64,000 bases of DNA from Endomicrobiales bacterium. GTDB lineage: Bacteria > Elusimicrobiota > Endomicrobiia > Endomicrobiales > CAWCFT01. Every line of letters starts with the position of its first letter. The first letter of the stretch is position 1. Of this stretch, positions 19,641 through 30,086 are shown piece by piece. Position numbers and translations under genes: made by a program. Below the pieces are notes generated by a model. That model was not told the DNA's origin and made no database searches. It saw only the letters and a program-made list of their open reading frames with translations. Location: positions 370,691-434,690 of the forward strand of contig CAWCFT010000004.1 in the NCBI GenBank assembly GCA_963794945.1. The letters are read 5' to 3'.

Positions 19641-21565
19641 TTAACGAACTTTATATAGACTGCTCGCGGGAAATGTGTTCACGAGCTCGAAATATTCGTT
19701 GAAATCTTTGCTGTTAAAACAAGTTAACCTGCATGCACCCGATTTGTTGAATATATAGACGCCATTTTCATCTTTATGGAAATCATCTTCGGTAAAAAGC
19801 ATGTAATCGATATTGTTGCGCTTCAGATAATCGCGGCAGGCCAAAGCGCTTGGCGAATCCCAGAACATCCATGTTCTTTGGGTAGATAACGCGTGGCTTT
19901 ATGTAATATGTTTTCATAAGCATCGGCGCCACGGGCATTATACGTTTATTTTCAGGTATGCTGCTATTTATATAGCTTATCATATCATAATGCGGGACCC
20001 TTTTTGAGAGGTAATGCTCTGTGGTCTCCATCCCGATAATATATTTTACCCTGTTAAGCCCGTAGTAGACACTAAAAACAGTGTTAGGGCATATAAGAAT
20101 CAGTGCAAGGACTATAACTGTGAATTTCGGCAGGGCCTCATGCAAACTCACTATGGCGTAACCGGCGGCGACGGAGAACAACGCCGTGCTTAATATCATC
20201 ATCCTGCCTATCTCGATATTAAGCCTTAAAAAGATCAGCGCGTAGACGTTGATAAAGGCCAGCAGAACAAAAATAAGCACATTACTGTTCTTTTTAAAGA
20301 AAAATAAGAGCGGCAGGAAGCACATGAGCACCGGCCCCGTGCCAGCAAATCCGTTCTCAAGCGCGTTATCGAGCGGCCACCTGAGATAGTCCATATAGCG
20401 ATTGCCCGAAGGCCTTGTGCTGTTTGCTATCGCGTTGAAAGGGATGTGGGCTGAGAGGTAAGCGGGATAAACAGGGTTGCCTGTATGGATATAGTTCTTT
20501 ACAAATGTCGGGAGCATAAAAACCACAACTATCCCGGCGAATATCATTATCTCTACAGCTTTTTTCCCAAAACTGGTATCTTTCCTTAAATATTCGATGT
20601 AAAGAAGCGCGGCAAGGACGGCTGCAACTATGCCTATACCTGTGTATTTTATGCCTAACGTGAAAGCGGACATTACTGCGAGCGAAATGAACCATAGCCT
20701 TGCGTGGCCTGAATCTCTCCACCTAAACAGCGCGTACACCGCAAGCATGCCGAAAAATGAAACCGGGAAATCAATATTCGCCATCCCCGAAAGCAGTGAG
20801 GTCTGGACCGCCGTATAAAATACCAGCCCGGCAACAAGAGAATATTTTTTGCCAAGATAACGTGAAGCGGAAAGCATGACCGCCATTGCCGTAAATATTC
20901 CCATCGAAAGGTGGATAAGCTTTGGGAATATGTCGTTCCTCAGGAGCATACCCAGCACGTACATCATGTGAAAGAGGACCGGGTAACAGCTGCAGTAATT
21001 GTTGCTCAGGTCCACTATGCCGTGAAAGCGTATGTATTCTTTCGGAATCACTAGATTATAGATCATCTCTATATCCGCGCTGGGCGGGGCGTAAGCGTAC
21101 AAAAGGTTGAAAAATATAAAGGCCGGAAATATCAACAGAAGATATTTTTGCGGCCCGGATTTCTGGAATATGCTGCCGTATACTGCCATAACCGCCGCGC
21201 CAGGTCAATTACCTGCCTGCCAAAGACCAAAACCAAGCCAACAGATAAGGCTATTACAAAGCTCCTGTAATACAAACCCAATACGCCAAGAACCATTATT
21301 GCGAAACACGTGATCACCGTACCCCAGCCCAGAGAGAACAAAAGTTCTTCTATCGTGCCGAGATTTTCACCCGAAAATTTGAGCGTCGGATACCTGCCTA
21401 TACTCGCGATTACAAGCCAGAAAAGGATAGTTACCAATAGGTCAATAAAAAAATTTATTATCATATTCTCGATTTTAGGTATGATGTTATATTCGTAAGC
21501 AGGTTAGAGTAGAAGTATGCCAGTACAACAAGAACCCATAGGATGGAGACTATCTTGGTTTTCAT
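19641..21565 (-). CDS. Multi-pass GT-C/ArnT-like glycosyltransferase, split by about 3 frameshifts
   Basis: Consecutive overlapping ORFs; D..IYNLVIPK, YP, KYTG and GNPVYP motifs; N-terminus MKTKIVSILW at 21565. Confidence 0.6.
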
Positions 21566-21584
21566 ATTCTTTTAAATTCATTCG

Positions 21585-22842
21585 TTATTTCAAAGTTGCC
21601 GCAATATCAAGCAGGATTTTATCCACTTTAGCCTGAACAAGCGCCCTGTCAAGGTTGCGTTTTGCGTCTAACATCGTGCTTATTGACTCCAAGGCCGCCA
21701 GATTGCTTACAAGCCCGTAGCGGTAGTCTTGAAGCTGCATTTCACAGCTTTTTGCGGCCTTGTCATACGCGTCCTGATAAGCCACCGATTGTTTTATAGA
21801 TGAAACAGCCTGCTGGTATAACTTGCGTATCTCGCTTATAGTTTTGGCGCGTTACAAGCGAAAGCCTGTGATCATATTCTTTCAACCGCGATGTTTCTTC
21901 AACGATTTTTCCCTGCAACGAGCCGCCCTGATATAGCGGGAAATTCAGCGTTAAAAAGTATTCCAGTCGCTTCCAGAAAACGCGCTATCCCTATGCGTGT
22001 ACCAGTCAGCGAGAAGGTTAAGGGTAGGCAGACGGGCGCCTTTTGCTATATCCAGGCTGTATTTTTCCGAATCCACATCGTTTTCCGCCGCCTCTATATC
22101 CGACCTGTGTTTTTCCGGAATTTAAAAAACCTCTATCGGTTCTATTGAATTGACATCGGGCATTTCATCTTTAACTGAAATCAATGAGGTCTGAAGTCCC
22201 GGTTAAAAAAGCAAGGTCTTCAATAGCATTCGCGCGACGCCGTTATCGCTTTCTTCCTGGGCTAAGGCCGGCTATCTGGGACTGCACCATAAGTATCTCG
22301 CTGTCCCTGGATTTCCCAGCCTGACTCTCTCCGTAAGTTCGGTTATCCTGTTTTCCAGGATTTTCTCGCTGCTCCTTAGATTTTCGATATCGGCGTTAAC
22401 AAGGACAAGGGAATAAAATGCGGATGCCATCTGAGACTTCAAGTCACGCTCAACATTCTCATAAATATAACCCTCGGTTGTCACCTGATTTTTTGCCTGA
22501 TTGTACGCTTTAAAATCTCTTAACCCGTAAAACAGAGGCTGGTTAACGCTGAAATATGAATCATTTAGATCTCCCGGATAGAGTCCGCCCGCTGTATCCA
22601 TATCGGTCTTTACGAAGTTATACCCAACCGCAGGCATAATATTACCCCTGGTACTCTTTTACCTTCTGCTTAGCCTCGCTCTGGTGCTCGCTCTGGATCA
22701 ACAGGTCATCACTTTTTTTCCGGGCCAGCTCCGTACATTGCTGAAGGGTCAGGGGAGATGATGCTACCTCCGCTGAAGCAACGGCTGAAACACAAATTAA
22801 AACAATCGTTGCAAAACTGGCAAGCTTATTGAATAGCTTCAT
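21585..22842 (-). CDS. TolC-family outer-membrane efflux protein, heavily frameshifted
   Basis: Fragments with signal peptide, LTLQQC, VNQPLFYG, YRYGLVSNL, AATLK. Confidence 0.7.
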
Positions 22843-22979
22843 AGATAGAAATCTCACCCTTTCCCGATAATTATAACAATAAACCACCCCGCAAATGCGT
22901 GATGGTTTTGTTCCTTTCGCTTGGGTCTATTATATCAATATTTTAATGCAAATTCAATCAATTCTAACCCACTTAATAT

Positions 22980-23558
22980 TTAATTTCCCTGGCTCGTTCC
23001 TGGAGGGTTTTGATTACCGCTTTGCATAGAATCGGGCGGGGTATTTGCCGCTTCCTTTTCTTTTTTTATTCTTTCCCTGATAACTATAAGTTTTGCCTGC
23101 TGCCCATCATCAAGTAAATTAAAAGCCTTCTCATATGCTTCAAGAGATACCATCTGGACGTTGACGAAGGCTTCAGTCAGCTCCTTGATCTTTGCCCGCG
23201 CCCCGGCAAAATCCGGCTTTACACCTTCAAGCATAGCCGCCAGCTCTTCCTGGCATTTATGCACCGGCTCGTAACGAAGAGATGTTTCCTTTATCTGGTC
23301 TGCGCGTATCTTTCTTATCTGTTCCGCCTGCTCATCTGTCAAACCGAGTTCTTTCGAAAAAGTCAGTATCTCGCGCAATCTGTCGGTATTAACTTCGGGG
23401 CGCTGTTGAGGCGGCTTGCTTTGTCCGCTGTCACCGCGCATGTGGCCGCCGTGGCCCATGCCGCCGCCGCCCATTGAACCCATGCCGCCCATATCGCAGT
23501 TCGCCCCGGCCGCCGCCAGCATTAAAATAAATATTGAAAACTGAAGGATCCTTTTCAT
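22980..23558 (-). CDS. Spy/CpxP-family periplasmic protein
   Basis: Signal peptide, Gly/Met/His-rich segment, LGLTDEQ and LDDGQQ (LTxxQ) motifs. Confidence 0.8.
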   Translation of the reverse strand: MKRILQFSIFILMLAAAGANCDMGGMGSMGGGGMGHGGHMRGDSGQSKPPQQRPEVNTDRLREILTFSKELGLTDEQAEQIRKIRADQIKETSLRYEPVHKCQEELAAMLEGVKPDFAGARAKIKELTEAFVNVQMVSLEAYEKAFNLLDDGQQAKLIVIRERIKKEKEAANTPPDSMQSGNQNPPGTSQGN

Positions 23559-23569
23559 TTGCTTTCAGC

Positions 23570-24094
23570 TCAGGCCTTGGCCACCCACAATCCTGTACAG
23601 GCAAACGGAGGTTTGCCGTCGTTCATGAACCCTCTATCCTGCGGCGGGCCGTTCTTAAAGTTCTTATGAATGAATTCCTTGAATTTCTTCTGCTGTTCGG
23701 GTGTCATATCTTTTCTCATGTTTATCGAGCGGCTGATTATAGCCTTCTCGATCTTTGCCTGGCTTAGCGAAATATCGTTGATCAGTTCGTCGACCTTCTT
23801 TTCATCGACAGGGTCGGTGTCAACAAGGGTAAAGAGCTCCTCCCTTTTTTTCTGCAGTTCTTCCCTCAGCGGATCCATTGTTTTTTTCATTTCCTGGTGG
23901 TCTTTTTCCATCTGCGCCACCTGCTGGTCAGTCAGGTCAAGCATTTTTTTAAGTTTGTTTTGGAAGAACATATGAGGGCCATGCCCTCTTTCAAAATATC
24001 TTTTCATGATCCAGTGATGGCCGAAAGTGAGGACAACGGCGAGGTTGAAAGCGAGCGAAACCGCAAGCAGTATAAGCACTAATTTCTTGTTCAC
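23570..24094 (-). CDS. Spy/CpxP/ZraP-like periplasmic heavy-metal sensor
   Basis: SLAFNL, LDLTDQQ, MTPEQQ motifs. Confidence 0.8.
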   Translation of the reverse strand: MNKKLVLILLAVSLAFNLAVVLTFGHHWIMKRYFERGHGPHMFFQNKLKKMLDLTDQQVAQMEKDHQEMKKTMDPLREELQKKREELFTLVDTDPVDEKKVDELINDISLSQAKIEKAIISRSINMRKDMTPEQQKKFKEFIHKNFKNGPPQDRGFMNDGKPPFACTGLWVAKA

Positions 24095-24099
24095 CTAAG

Positions 24100-24585
24100 T
24101 TAGCCTCCGATAATCTTACTATATACTTTTTGAGCCTGTTCGCCCGGGATGTCGTTCAGATACGCAAGCGCCAGAGTGTCGTTTTCTTCGGCCGTTACTG
24201 AGGCGGCCTGCTGTGAGTATTTTGACCAGATATTGTGCGCCAGATAGTTCCCGGCAACCGAAGTAATAAGCACAATGGAAGCAAGTGCCGCCACGTTTAC
24301 CCACTTTGGCAGTATAGATGATATAACGGCTCCGAAATCAAATGAGTTCTCTTCCCGCACTGCGCGTTCTATCCCGCTCCTAACTTTGAACCACAGTGCT
24401 TCCGGCGGAACGGCAGGCACGGTATTCCTTAAAGGCTCTACTGCAGCAAACATCAGGGCTTCCCTGAAAGCGTGACAGCCGGCGCAGATGCTCAAGTGCA
24501 GTTCCATTTCCCCCAGGACCTTCGCGTCTGTTTCTTTGTCGATGTAATCCGTAATAATGATGTCCCGAATTTTATCGCAATTCAT
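24100..24585 (-). CDS. Zinc-finger (zf-HC2) anti-sigma factor
   Basis: MNC...HLSICAGC (HxxxCxxC) plus one TM helix. Confidence 0.85.
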   Translation of the reverse strand: MNCDKIRDIIITDYIDKETDAKVLGEMELHLSICAGCHAFREALMFAAVEPLRNTVPAVPPEALWFKVRSGIERAVREENSFDFGAVISSILPKWVNVAALASIVLITSVAGNYLAHNIWSKYSQQAASVTAEENDTLALAYLNDIPGEQAQKVYSKIIGG

Positions 24586-25138
24586 TTGCCGTCACTCCTT
24601 TCATAAGTATTTCTCTCGCCCGTTTTAGCCTTGTCCGCACAGTGTTTATATTTATATTGAGAGCCTTGGCTACCTCTTCGTAGCTTAACCCCTGCATCTC
24701 CCTAAGAACTATACAGGCCCTGTAATCAGCGCTAAGCTTTGCCAGCAGGTTATCAACTATCTCCTTGCTGCTTCTTATATCCGTGCTTCTTTCAACCGAG
24801 TTGTCATGTTCCGAGCCTGCGTCAGCGATGTTCTCGTCATATTCTACCATCTTGCCCGAACGGTTCTGGGCTCTTTTTCTCACGTTAAGGGAAGCGTTAA
24901 CCGTGATCCTGTAAACCCATGTCTTAAAAGACGACCGGAATTTAAAGCTTTTTAAGCCTTCGAATATCTTCAGGAACACTTCCTGGGTGGCCTCTTCGGC
25001 GTCTTCCCTGTGGCCAGTCACCCTTAGCGCGACATTATAGACAAAACCTGAAGCGGCTTTGTATATAACTTCAAATTCCTTTATATCGCCTTTTGAAGCC
25101 TTTTTCAGAAGTTCGTGGGATAGATCACTGATCTCCAT
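24572..25138 (-). CDS. ECF RNA polymerase sigma factor
   Basis: DAEEATQEVF, FKTWVYRITVN, LSYEEVA...TVRTRLKRAR. Confidence 0.92.
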   Translation of the reverse strand: MEISDLSHELLKKASKGDIKEFEVIYKAASGFVYNVALRVTGHREDAEEATQEVFLKIFEGLKSFKFRSSFKTWVYRITVNASLNVRKRAQNRSGKMVEYDENIADAGSEHDNSVERSTDIRSSKEIVDNLLAKLSADYRACIVLREMQGLSYEEVAKALNININTVRTRLKRAREILMKGVTANELR

Positions 25139-25197
25139 TATACCTCTTGCATGATTTAGACAGTTCCGTCTCTTGGAAAGTTTCAGTAATAATTAAC

Positions 25198-25998
25198 TTA
25201 GTAAGACTGCTCTTTGGAAGGGAATTCGCCTGACCTTACTTCTTCGCTGTATTGTTTCACCGCGGTCATGATATCTTTTTTTAGGTTCGCGTAGTGTTTT
25301 ACGAATCTCGGGGATATCTCTGAGTAGAGGCCGAGTATATCGTCCGTAACAAGTACCTGACCGTCGCAGAAAGGCCCCGCGCCGATGCCTATGGTTGGTA
25401 TAGAAACGGCTTTCGTGATCTTCTTGGCCAGCTCGGCCGGTATGCATTCAAGTACTATCATGAAAACACCTGATTTTTCAAGTGCTTTCGCGTCTTCTAT
25501 CATCTGTATGGAAGCTTCTTCAGTTTTCCCCTGGACTTTCCAGCCGCCAAACTTGTTTACGCCCTGCGGCGTAAGGCCAAGGTGGCCTATGACCGGGATC
25601 TTTGCGCTGAGTATGGCCTCGATGCTCTTTAGCATCTCACGGCCACCCTCAATTTTGACGGCTTCCGCGCCGCCCTCTTTCAATAGAAGCCCCGCATTGC
25701 GCACCGCGTCTGAAGGGCTCGTTTCATATGATAAGAAAGGCATGTCCGCGGCAAGGAAAGCGTTAGAGTTACCTCTTTTGACCGCCCTGCAGTGGTAAAG
25801 TATGTCTTCCATAGTCACGGGAAGAGTGGACTCGTAGCCAAGCTTGACCATGCCCATAGAATCGCCCACGAGCACGACGTCAACGCCTGCCTCGTTAAGT
25901 ATTTTTGACATGGAATAATCGTAGCAGGTAAGCATTACTATCTTCTCGCCGGTGCTTTTCATCTCGATAAGTTTCAGTGTTGTCACTTTGTCTTTCAT
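25198..25998 (-). CDS. panB: 3-methyl-2-oxobutanoate hydroxymethyltransferase
   Basis: LTCYD, LVGDSMGM, DMPF, VKIEGG, GHLGLTPQ, IGIGAG. Confidence 0.95.
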   Translation of the reverse strand: MKDKVTTLKLIEMKSTGEKIVMLTCYDYSMSKILNEAGVDVVLVGDSMGMVKLGYESTLPVTMEDILYHCRAVKRGNSNAFLAADMPFLSYETSPSDAVRNAGLLLKEGGAEAVKIEGGREMLKSIEAILSAKIPVIGHLGLTPQGVNKFGGWKVQGKTEEASIQMIEDAKALEKSGVFMIVLECIPAELAKKITKAVSIPTIGIGAGPFCDGQVLVTDDILGLYSEISPRFVKHYANLKKDIMTAVKQYSEEVRSGEFPSKEQSY

Positions 25999-26011
25999 AA
26001 TTTCGTTTGGT

Positions 26012-26536
26012 TTAGCTCTTTTGGCTTTCGTTTGTTCTAGTTTTATAAATTTTAACCTTTTGTTCCGGATAAGTCAATAAAGCCTCATTCCTGAGGCGGC
26101 TGACAGTTTTTCTTAAAACCGGATGGACCATACCCGGAGCTATATCGCAGAGAGGCTTTAGCACAAAAAGCCTTTTTATGATCTCCGGATGTGGGATTTT
26201 CAATCCCACTTTTTTCACCACCCTGCTTCCGTAGACAAGGATGTCTATGTCTATTTCTCTGGGGCCCCACTTGAGCTTCCGTATTTTGCGCCCCAGATTT
26301 TTTTCTGTCCCCTTGGAAAACTTGAGCAATTCTTCAGGGCTTAGATCTGTTCTCGAGGACAAAACCGCGTTAACAAAATCCTTTTGCTTTGGCCCCACTG
26401 GGGAGCTCTCATAAAAGCGTGAAACCCTCACGCTTTTAAAGTGAGGGTTGCTTTTTACAGCTTCCACCGCGGCCTTAATATTGCGGGCCCTGTCGCCTAT
26501 GTTTGAGCCCAAGCCTAGAAATATTTTAACATTCAT
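26012..26536 (-). CDS. folK: 2-amino-4-hydroxy-6-hydroxymethyldihydropteridine diphosphokinase
   Basis: GLGSNIGD, WGPREIDIDIL, IPHP, RLFVL. Confidence 0.95.
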   Translation of the reverse strand: MNVKIFLGLGSNIGDRARNIKAAVEAVKSNPHFKSVRVSRFYESSPVGPKQKDFVNAVLSSRTDLSPEELLKFSKGTEKNLGRKIRKLKWGPREIDIDILVYGSRVVKKVGLKIPHPEIIKRLFVLKPLCDIAPGMVHPVLRKTVSRLRNEALLTYPEQKVKIYKTRTNESQKS

Positions 26537-26537
26537 T

Positions 26538-26610
26538 TAAGATTAAAGATTGCAAGATTTGAAGATTATAGAATTCAATTTTTCTAATTTTTAATCTTCA
26601 ATTTGTAATT
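26538..26610. repeat. About 7-nt-periodic inverted repeat (AAGATT / AATCTT type)
   Basis: TAAGATTAAAGATTGCAAGATTTGAAGATT mirrored by AATTTTTAATCTTCAATTTGTAAT. Confidence 0.6.
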
Positions 26611-26615
26611 GGCTT

Positions 26616-27779
26616 CTACCACTTGATCTTCGCTATCCGTTCAAGCGCCTGGTTTATGCGCGGCACAGGCACCGTGAGCGCGAAGCGCACGTAACCCTCG
26701 CCCGACACCCCGAGCCCGTTGCCAGGCGTACAGACAATGCCCGCCTCATCCAATAACTTAGAGACCGTGTCTTGCGACGAATAACCCTTGGGAGTATGCG
26801 CCCAAACGTAGAATGTCGCTTCCGGCTTTCTCACGTTCCAGCCAAGCTTTACAAGGCCGTTTACCAGAGCGTCACGCCTGTCGCGGTACATTTTCCTCAT
26901 CTCTTCGACACAGTCCTGCGGACCTTCAAGCGCGGCAACGGCCGCATCCTGTATGGCGCCGAAGACGCCTGAATCATAGTTATCTTTGACCATCGAAAGG
27001 CCTTTTACTATTTCGCTGTTGCCGCACACCCATGCAACACGCCAGCCGGTCATGTTGTAGGTCTTGGAGAGCGAATGGAATTCCACACCGACTTCTTTTG
27101 CCCCGGGGACTTCCAGGAAGCTCATGGGTTTGTTCTCGTAATACATCTCGGAGTACGCTGCGTCATGAGCGACTATTATGTTGTGCTTCTTTGCGAAAAC
27201 GACCACCTTCTCGTAGAACGTGCGGTCCGCTACCGCGGCCGTGGGATTGTTAGGGTAATTGATGAACAGTATCCTGGCCTTCTTTAATACCTCTTCTGGA
27301 ATTATTGAAATGTCCGGCAGGAACCCGTTCTTTTCAAGGAGCGGCATGAAATACGACCTGCCTCCAGAAAATATCGTGCCGGTGTTGTATACGGGGTAGC
27401 CGGGCTCCGGTACAAGGACAATGTCGCCCGGGTCTATGAATCCCAGATGGAAATGGCCTATGCCTTCCTTAGAGCCAAGGAGCGAACACACCTCGGTCTC
27501 GGCGTCAAGTTCAACGTTGAACCTCGACTTGTACCACTTTGCCACGGCCTGCCTGAATGCCTTTGTGCCGGACCCAAAAGGGTACTGGTGGTTAGCGGGC
27601 TTCGCCAGCGCTTCCTGGCCCGCATTAATAATGTGCGCGGGAGTCGGCTGGTCGGGGTCGCCCACGCCAAGCGATATTATATCAACTCCGCGCTCGATTG
27701 CGGCCTTCTTCTTCTTGTCTATCTCAACGAACAGGTAAGGCGGCAGCTTCTTTAGCTTCTCGCTGTAATCAAAATTCAT
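26616..27779 (-). CDS. dapL: LL-diaminopimelate aminotransferase
   Basis: LPPYLF, GSKEG, NYPNNPT, SLSKTYNMTGWR; located in the dap operon. Confidence 0.85.
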   Translation of the reverse strand: MNFDYSEKLKKLPPYLFVEIDKKKKAAIERGVDIISLGVGDPDQPTPAHIINAGQEALAKPANHQYPFGSGTKAFRQAVAKWYKSRFNVELDAETEVCSLLGSKEGIGHFHLGFIDPGDIVLVPEPGYPVYNTGTIFSGGRSYFMPLLEKNGFLPDISIIPEEVLKKARILFINYPNNPTAAVADRTFYEKVVVFAKKHNIIVAHDAAYSEMYYENKPMSFLEVPGAKEVGVEFHSLSKTYNMTGWRVAWVCGNSEIVKGLSMVKDNYDSGVFGAIQDAAVAALEGPQDCVEEMRKMYRDRRDALVNGLVKLGWNVRKPEATFYVWAHTPKGYSSQDTVSKLLDEAGIVCTPGNGLGVSGEGYVRFALTVPVPRINQALERIAKIKW

Positions 27780-27793
27780 ATTAACTCCAAACA

Positions 27794-27874
27794 AGTGGTA
27801 AGCGATAAGTTGTAAGTGAAATCAAGTCAAAGCATGGCAAGACTTGCTTTACACTTACCCCTTAGCCCTTACCC
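27794..27874. repeat. 7-nt-periodic inverted repeat (TAAG / CTTA type)
   Basis: AAGTGG TAAGCGA TAAGTTG TAAGTG ... CTTACCC CTTAGCC CTTACCC. Confidence 0.7.
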
Positions 27875-28217
27875 CTTTATTATAAACTTTCCATCCGGCT
27901 ATAATCGCGGCTATGAGCAGTATCAACGCCGTTACGTTAGTTATCCAGCCTTCAAATACGCCCATCGCAAAAGGGTATCCGATATATCCGAAATCGTGCG
28001 CGGTCTTTTTTGTGAATATCAGCTGAAGCGCGGGCACGATCTTTGCCTGAATACCGCCTCCGAACACAAGCAGCGCCCAGAGAAGCCAGAACAATACCGT
28101 GTTGGCGAACAGCACGAACAATATCATCGCGCCGATGTGCACCGGGTCGTAGCGCGGCTCGTCCCGGTCTTCGACATCGGAAAAAAAATCCTTGATCAAT
28201 TGAAATAAATTTTTCAT
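27855..28217 (-). CDS. Small membrane protein
   Basis: Two to three TM segments, YDPVH motif; located between operon genes. Confidence 0.7.
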   Translation of the reverse strand: MKNLFQLIKDFFSDVEDRDEPRYDPVHIGAMILFVLFANTVLFWLLWALLVFGGGIQAKIVPALQLIFTKKTAHDFGYIGYPFAMGVFEGWITNVTALILLIAAIIAGWKVYNKGVRAKG

Positions 28218-28290
28218 GGTTAATGAATAGTTGTAAGCAAAGGACTGTCGACCACACTTATCACTTAGCCCTTATCCCTTATCACTGTTT

Positions 28291-29043
28291 CTAAACGACT
28301 TTATTTAAAAGAACACCTATCTTTTGTATCCTTACTTCCACTTTATCACCCGAGTTCAAAGGCCCCACGCCTGGCGGTGTGCCGGTAGCAATAATGTCCC
28401 CGGGCATCAGTGTCATCATCCTTGAAACATATGAAACTATCTCGTCAACTTTAAATATGAGGTCCGAGGTGCTTGATCTCTGTTTGACCTTTCCGTTAAC
28501 GAGCGTCTCCAGCTTAAGATTGTCGGCGTCTATTCCGTCTACGATCCACGGGCCTATAGGCGCGAACGTATCGAACGATTTCGAGCGAGCCCACTGGCCG
28601 TCTAAGTCCTGCAAGTCGCGGGCCGTGACATCATTAAAACATGTGTATCCGAGAACATATTCTTTTGCTTTGGACGGTATGACGTCTTTTGCCTTTTTCT
28701 TTATGACTATCGCGAGCTCGCCTTCATAATCAACCCTCTTCGATACAGCCGGACGGACTATCGCGTCACCTGTCCCCACTAACGCGCTCGGAGCCTTCAA
28801 GAAAAAAAGAGGGCGCATAGGGATCGGCATTTTCAACTCCCTCGCGTGCTCTATGTAGTTGAGCCCCATGGCTATTATCTTTGACGGGTGGCATGGAGCG
28901 AGGAGCCTTACTTTTGAAAGAGGGAACTTTTTACCGGTTTTTTTGAAGTTTCCGAAATAGTTCGAGGTTATCTCTGCGGCCGTTTTTCCTTCCAGTATAC
29001 CGTAATGTACCCGGCCTGCGGCCTCGAAACGAAGATATCTCAT
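28291..29043 (-). CDS. Fumarylacetoacetate hydrolase family protein
   Basis: GLNY..H, DYEGEL, NDVTARD, KSFDTF, TGTPPGV. Confidence 0.92.
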   Translation of the reverse strand: MRYLRFEAAGRVHYGILEGKTAAEITSNYFGNFKKTGKKFPLSKVRLLAPCHPSKIIAMGLNYIEHARELKMPIPMRPLFFLKAPSALVGTGDAIVRPAVSKRVDYEGELAIVIKKKAKDVIPSKAKEYVLGYTCFNDVTARDLQDLDGQWARSKSFDTFAPIGPWIVDGIDADNLKLETLVNGKVKQRSSTSDLIFKVDEIVSYVSRMMTLMPGDIIATGTPPGVGPLNSGDKVEVRIQKIGVLLNKVV

Positions 29044-29212
29044 TTTTCCTCTTATATTAGTTTGGGACGAAAGAAGGCTTTTTCTCCCCGCAGAGAATAG
29101 ACTCAGTCTTTCGTCCCGTAAAACAAAGTTAAAAGGGTTGAAAAGTTCAATGTTCAAAGCTTTACGGCTCTATCAATAAAACTTCAAAAACCTTTGAACA
29201 CTTGAGCCTATT

Positions 29213-29983
29213 CTATTTAAAACCCAGCACATCCTGCATATCGTAAAGCCCGGGATTTTTGCCATAGATCCATTTAGCCGCCCGGAGCGCTCCTGTGGCA
29301 AATGTGTCGCGCGTGTATGCGCGATGCGTAAGTTCCACCCGTTCGCCGGGGCCGGCGAGATAGACAGTGTGCTCGCCTACGATATCTCCGGCGCGGACCG
29401 ACATGACGCCTATCTCATCCGAGGTGCGAGCGCCGACAATGCCCTGCCTGCCGTAAATGCCGGCCTTCTTAGGGTCTTTGCCAAGCGCACGTGAGATTAT
29501 TTCAAGGAGCTTCGCCGCTGTTCCGGACGGAGCGTCTTTTTTCTTGTTGTGGTGCAGCTCGACTATCTCGATATCGTAGCCGGGAAGTATCTTTGCTGCC
29601 TCTTCGGATAGCTTGAAGAGCAGGTTCACTCCTACCGACATGTTAGGCGTGCAAACCACGGGTATCTTTTTTGAAGCGGCCCTTATCTCGCTCATCTCCG
29701 TTTCCGAAAAACCCGTAGTACCTATCACGATTGCCTTAGAGTTCTTTATCGCTTCGACTAGATGCTCTATAGAAGCCTTGGGTGTTGTAAAATCTATTAG
29801 GACATCGCACAGGGAAATTACCCTTGATATATCATCCGATATTGAAGGTGATCCGCTGCCGAGAGCCGGGTTGCCTGCGGTCTCCAGGGCTCCAGTGACT
29901 TCTATATCCTTATCGAGTTTCGCAAGCCCGATGATGCTTGTCCCCATCCTTCCTGCTGCTCCGCAAACTGATATTTTGATCAT
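29213..29983 (-). CDS. dapB: 4-hydroxy-tetrahydrodipicolinate reductase
   Basis: GAAGRMG, GTTG, ELHHNKKKDAPSGTA. Confidence 0.95.
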   Translation of the reverse strand: MIKISVCGAAGRMGTSIIGLAKLDKDIEVTGALETAGNPALGSGSPSISDDISRVISLCDVLIDFTTPKASIEHLVEAIKNSKAIVIGTTGFSETEMSEIRAASKKIPVVCTPNMSVGVNLLFKLSEEAAKILPGYDIEIVELHHNKKKDAPSGTAAKLLEIISRALGKDPKKAGIYGRQGIVGARTSDEIGVMSVRAGDIVGEHTVYLAGPGERVELTHRAYTRDTFATGALRAAKWIYGKNPGLYDMQDVLGFK

Positions 29984-29998
29984 ATTTCACCTCAGTGT

Positions 29999-30078
29999 TA
30001 AGTGGTAAGGATTAAGTGGTAAGTGAAAAACCAAATCAAAAGCCTATCCAGCCTGACTTAGCCCTTACCCCTTATCCC
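29999..30078. repeat. 7-nt-periodic inverted repeat (TAAG / CTTA type)
   Basis: TAAGTGG TAAGGAT TAAGTGG TAAGT ... CTTAGCC CTTACCC CTTATCC. Confidence 0.75.
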
Positions 30079-30086
30079 TGGTTTTG

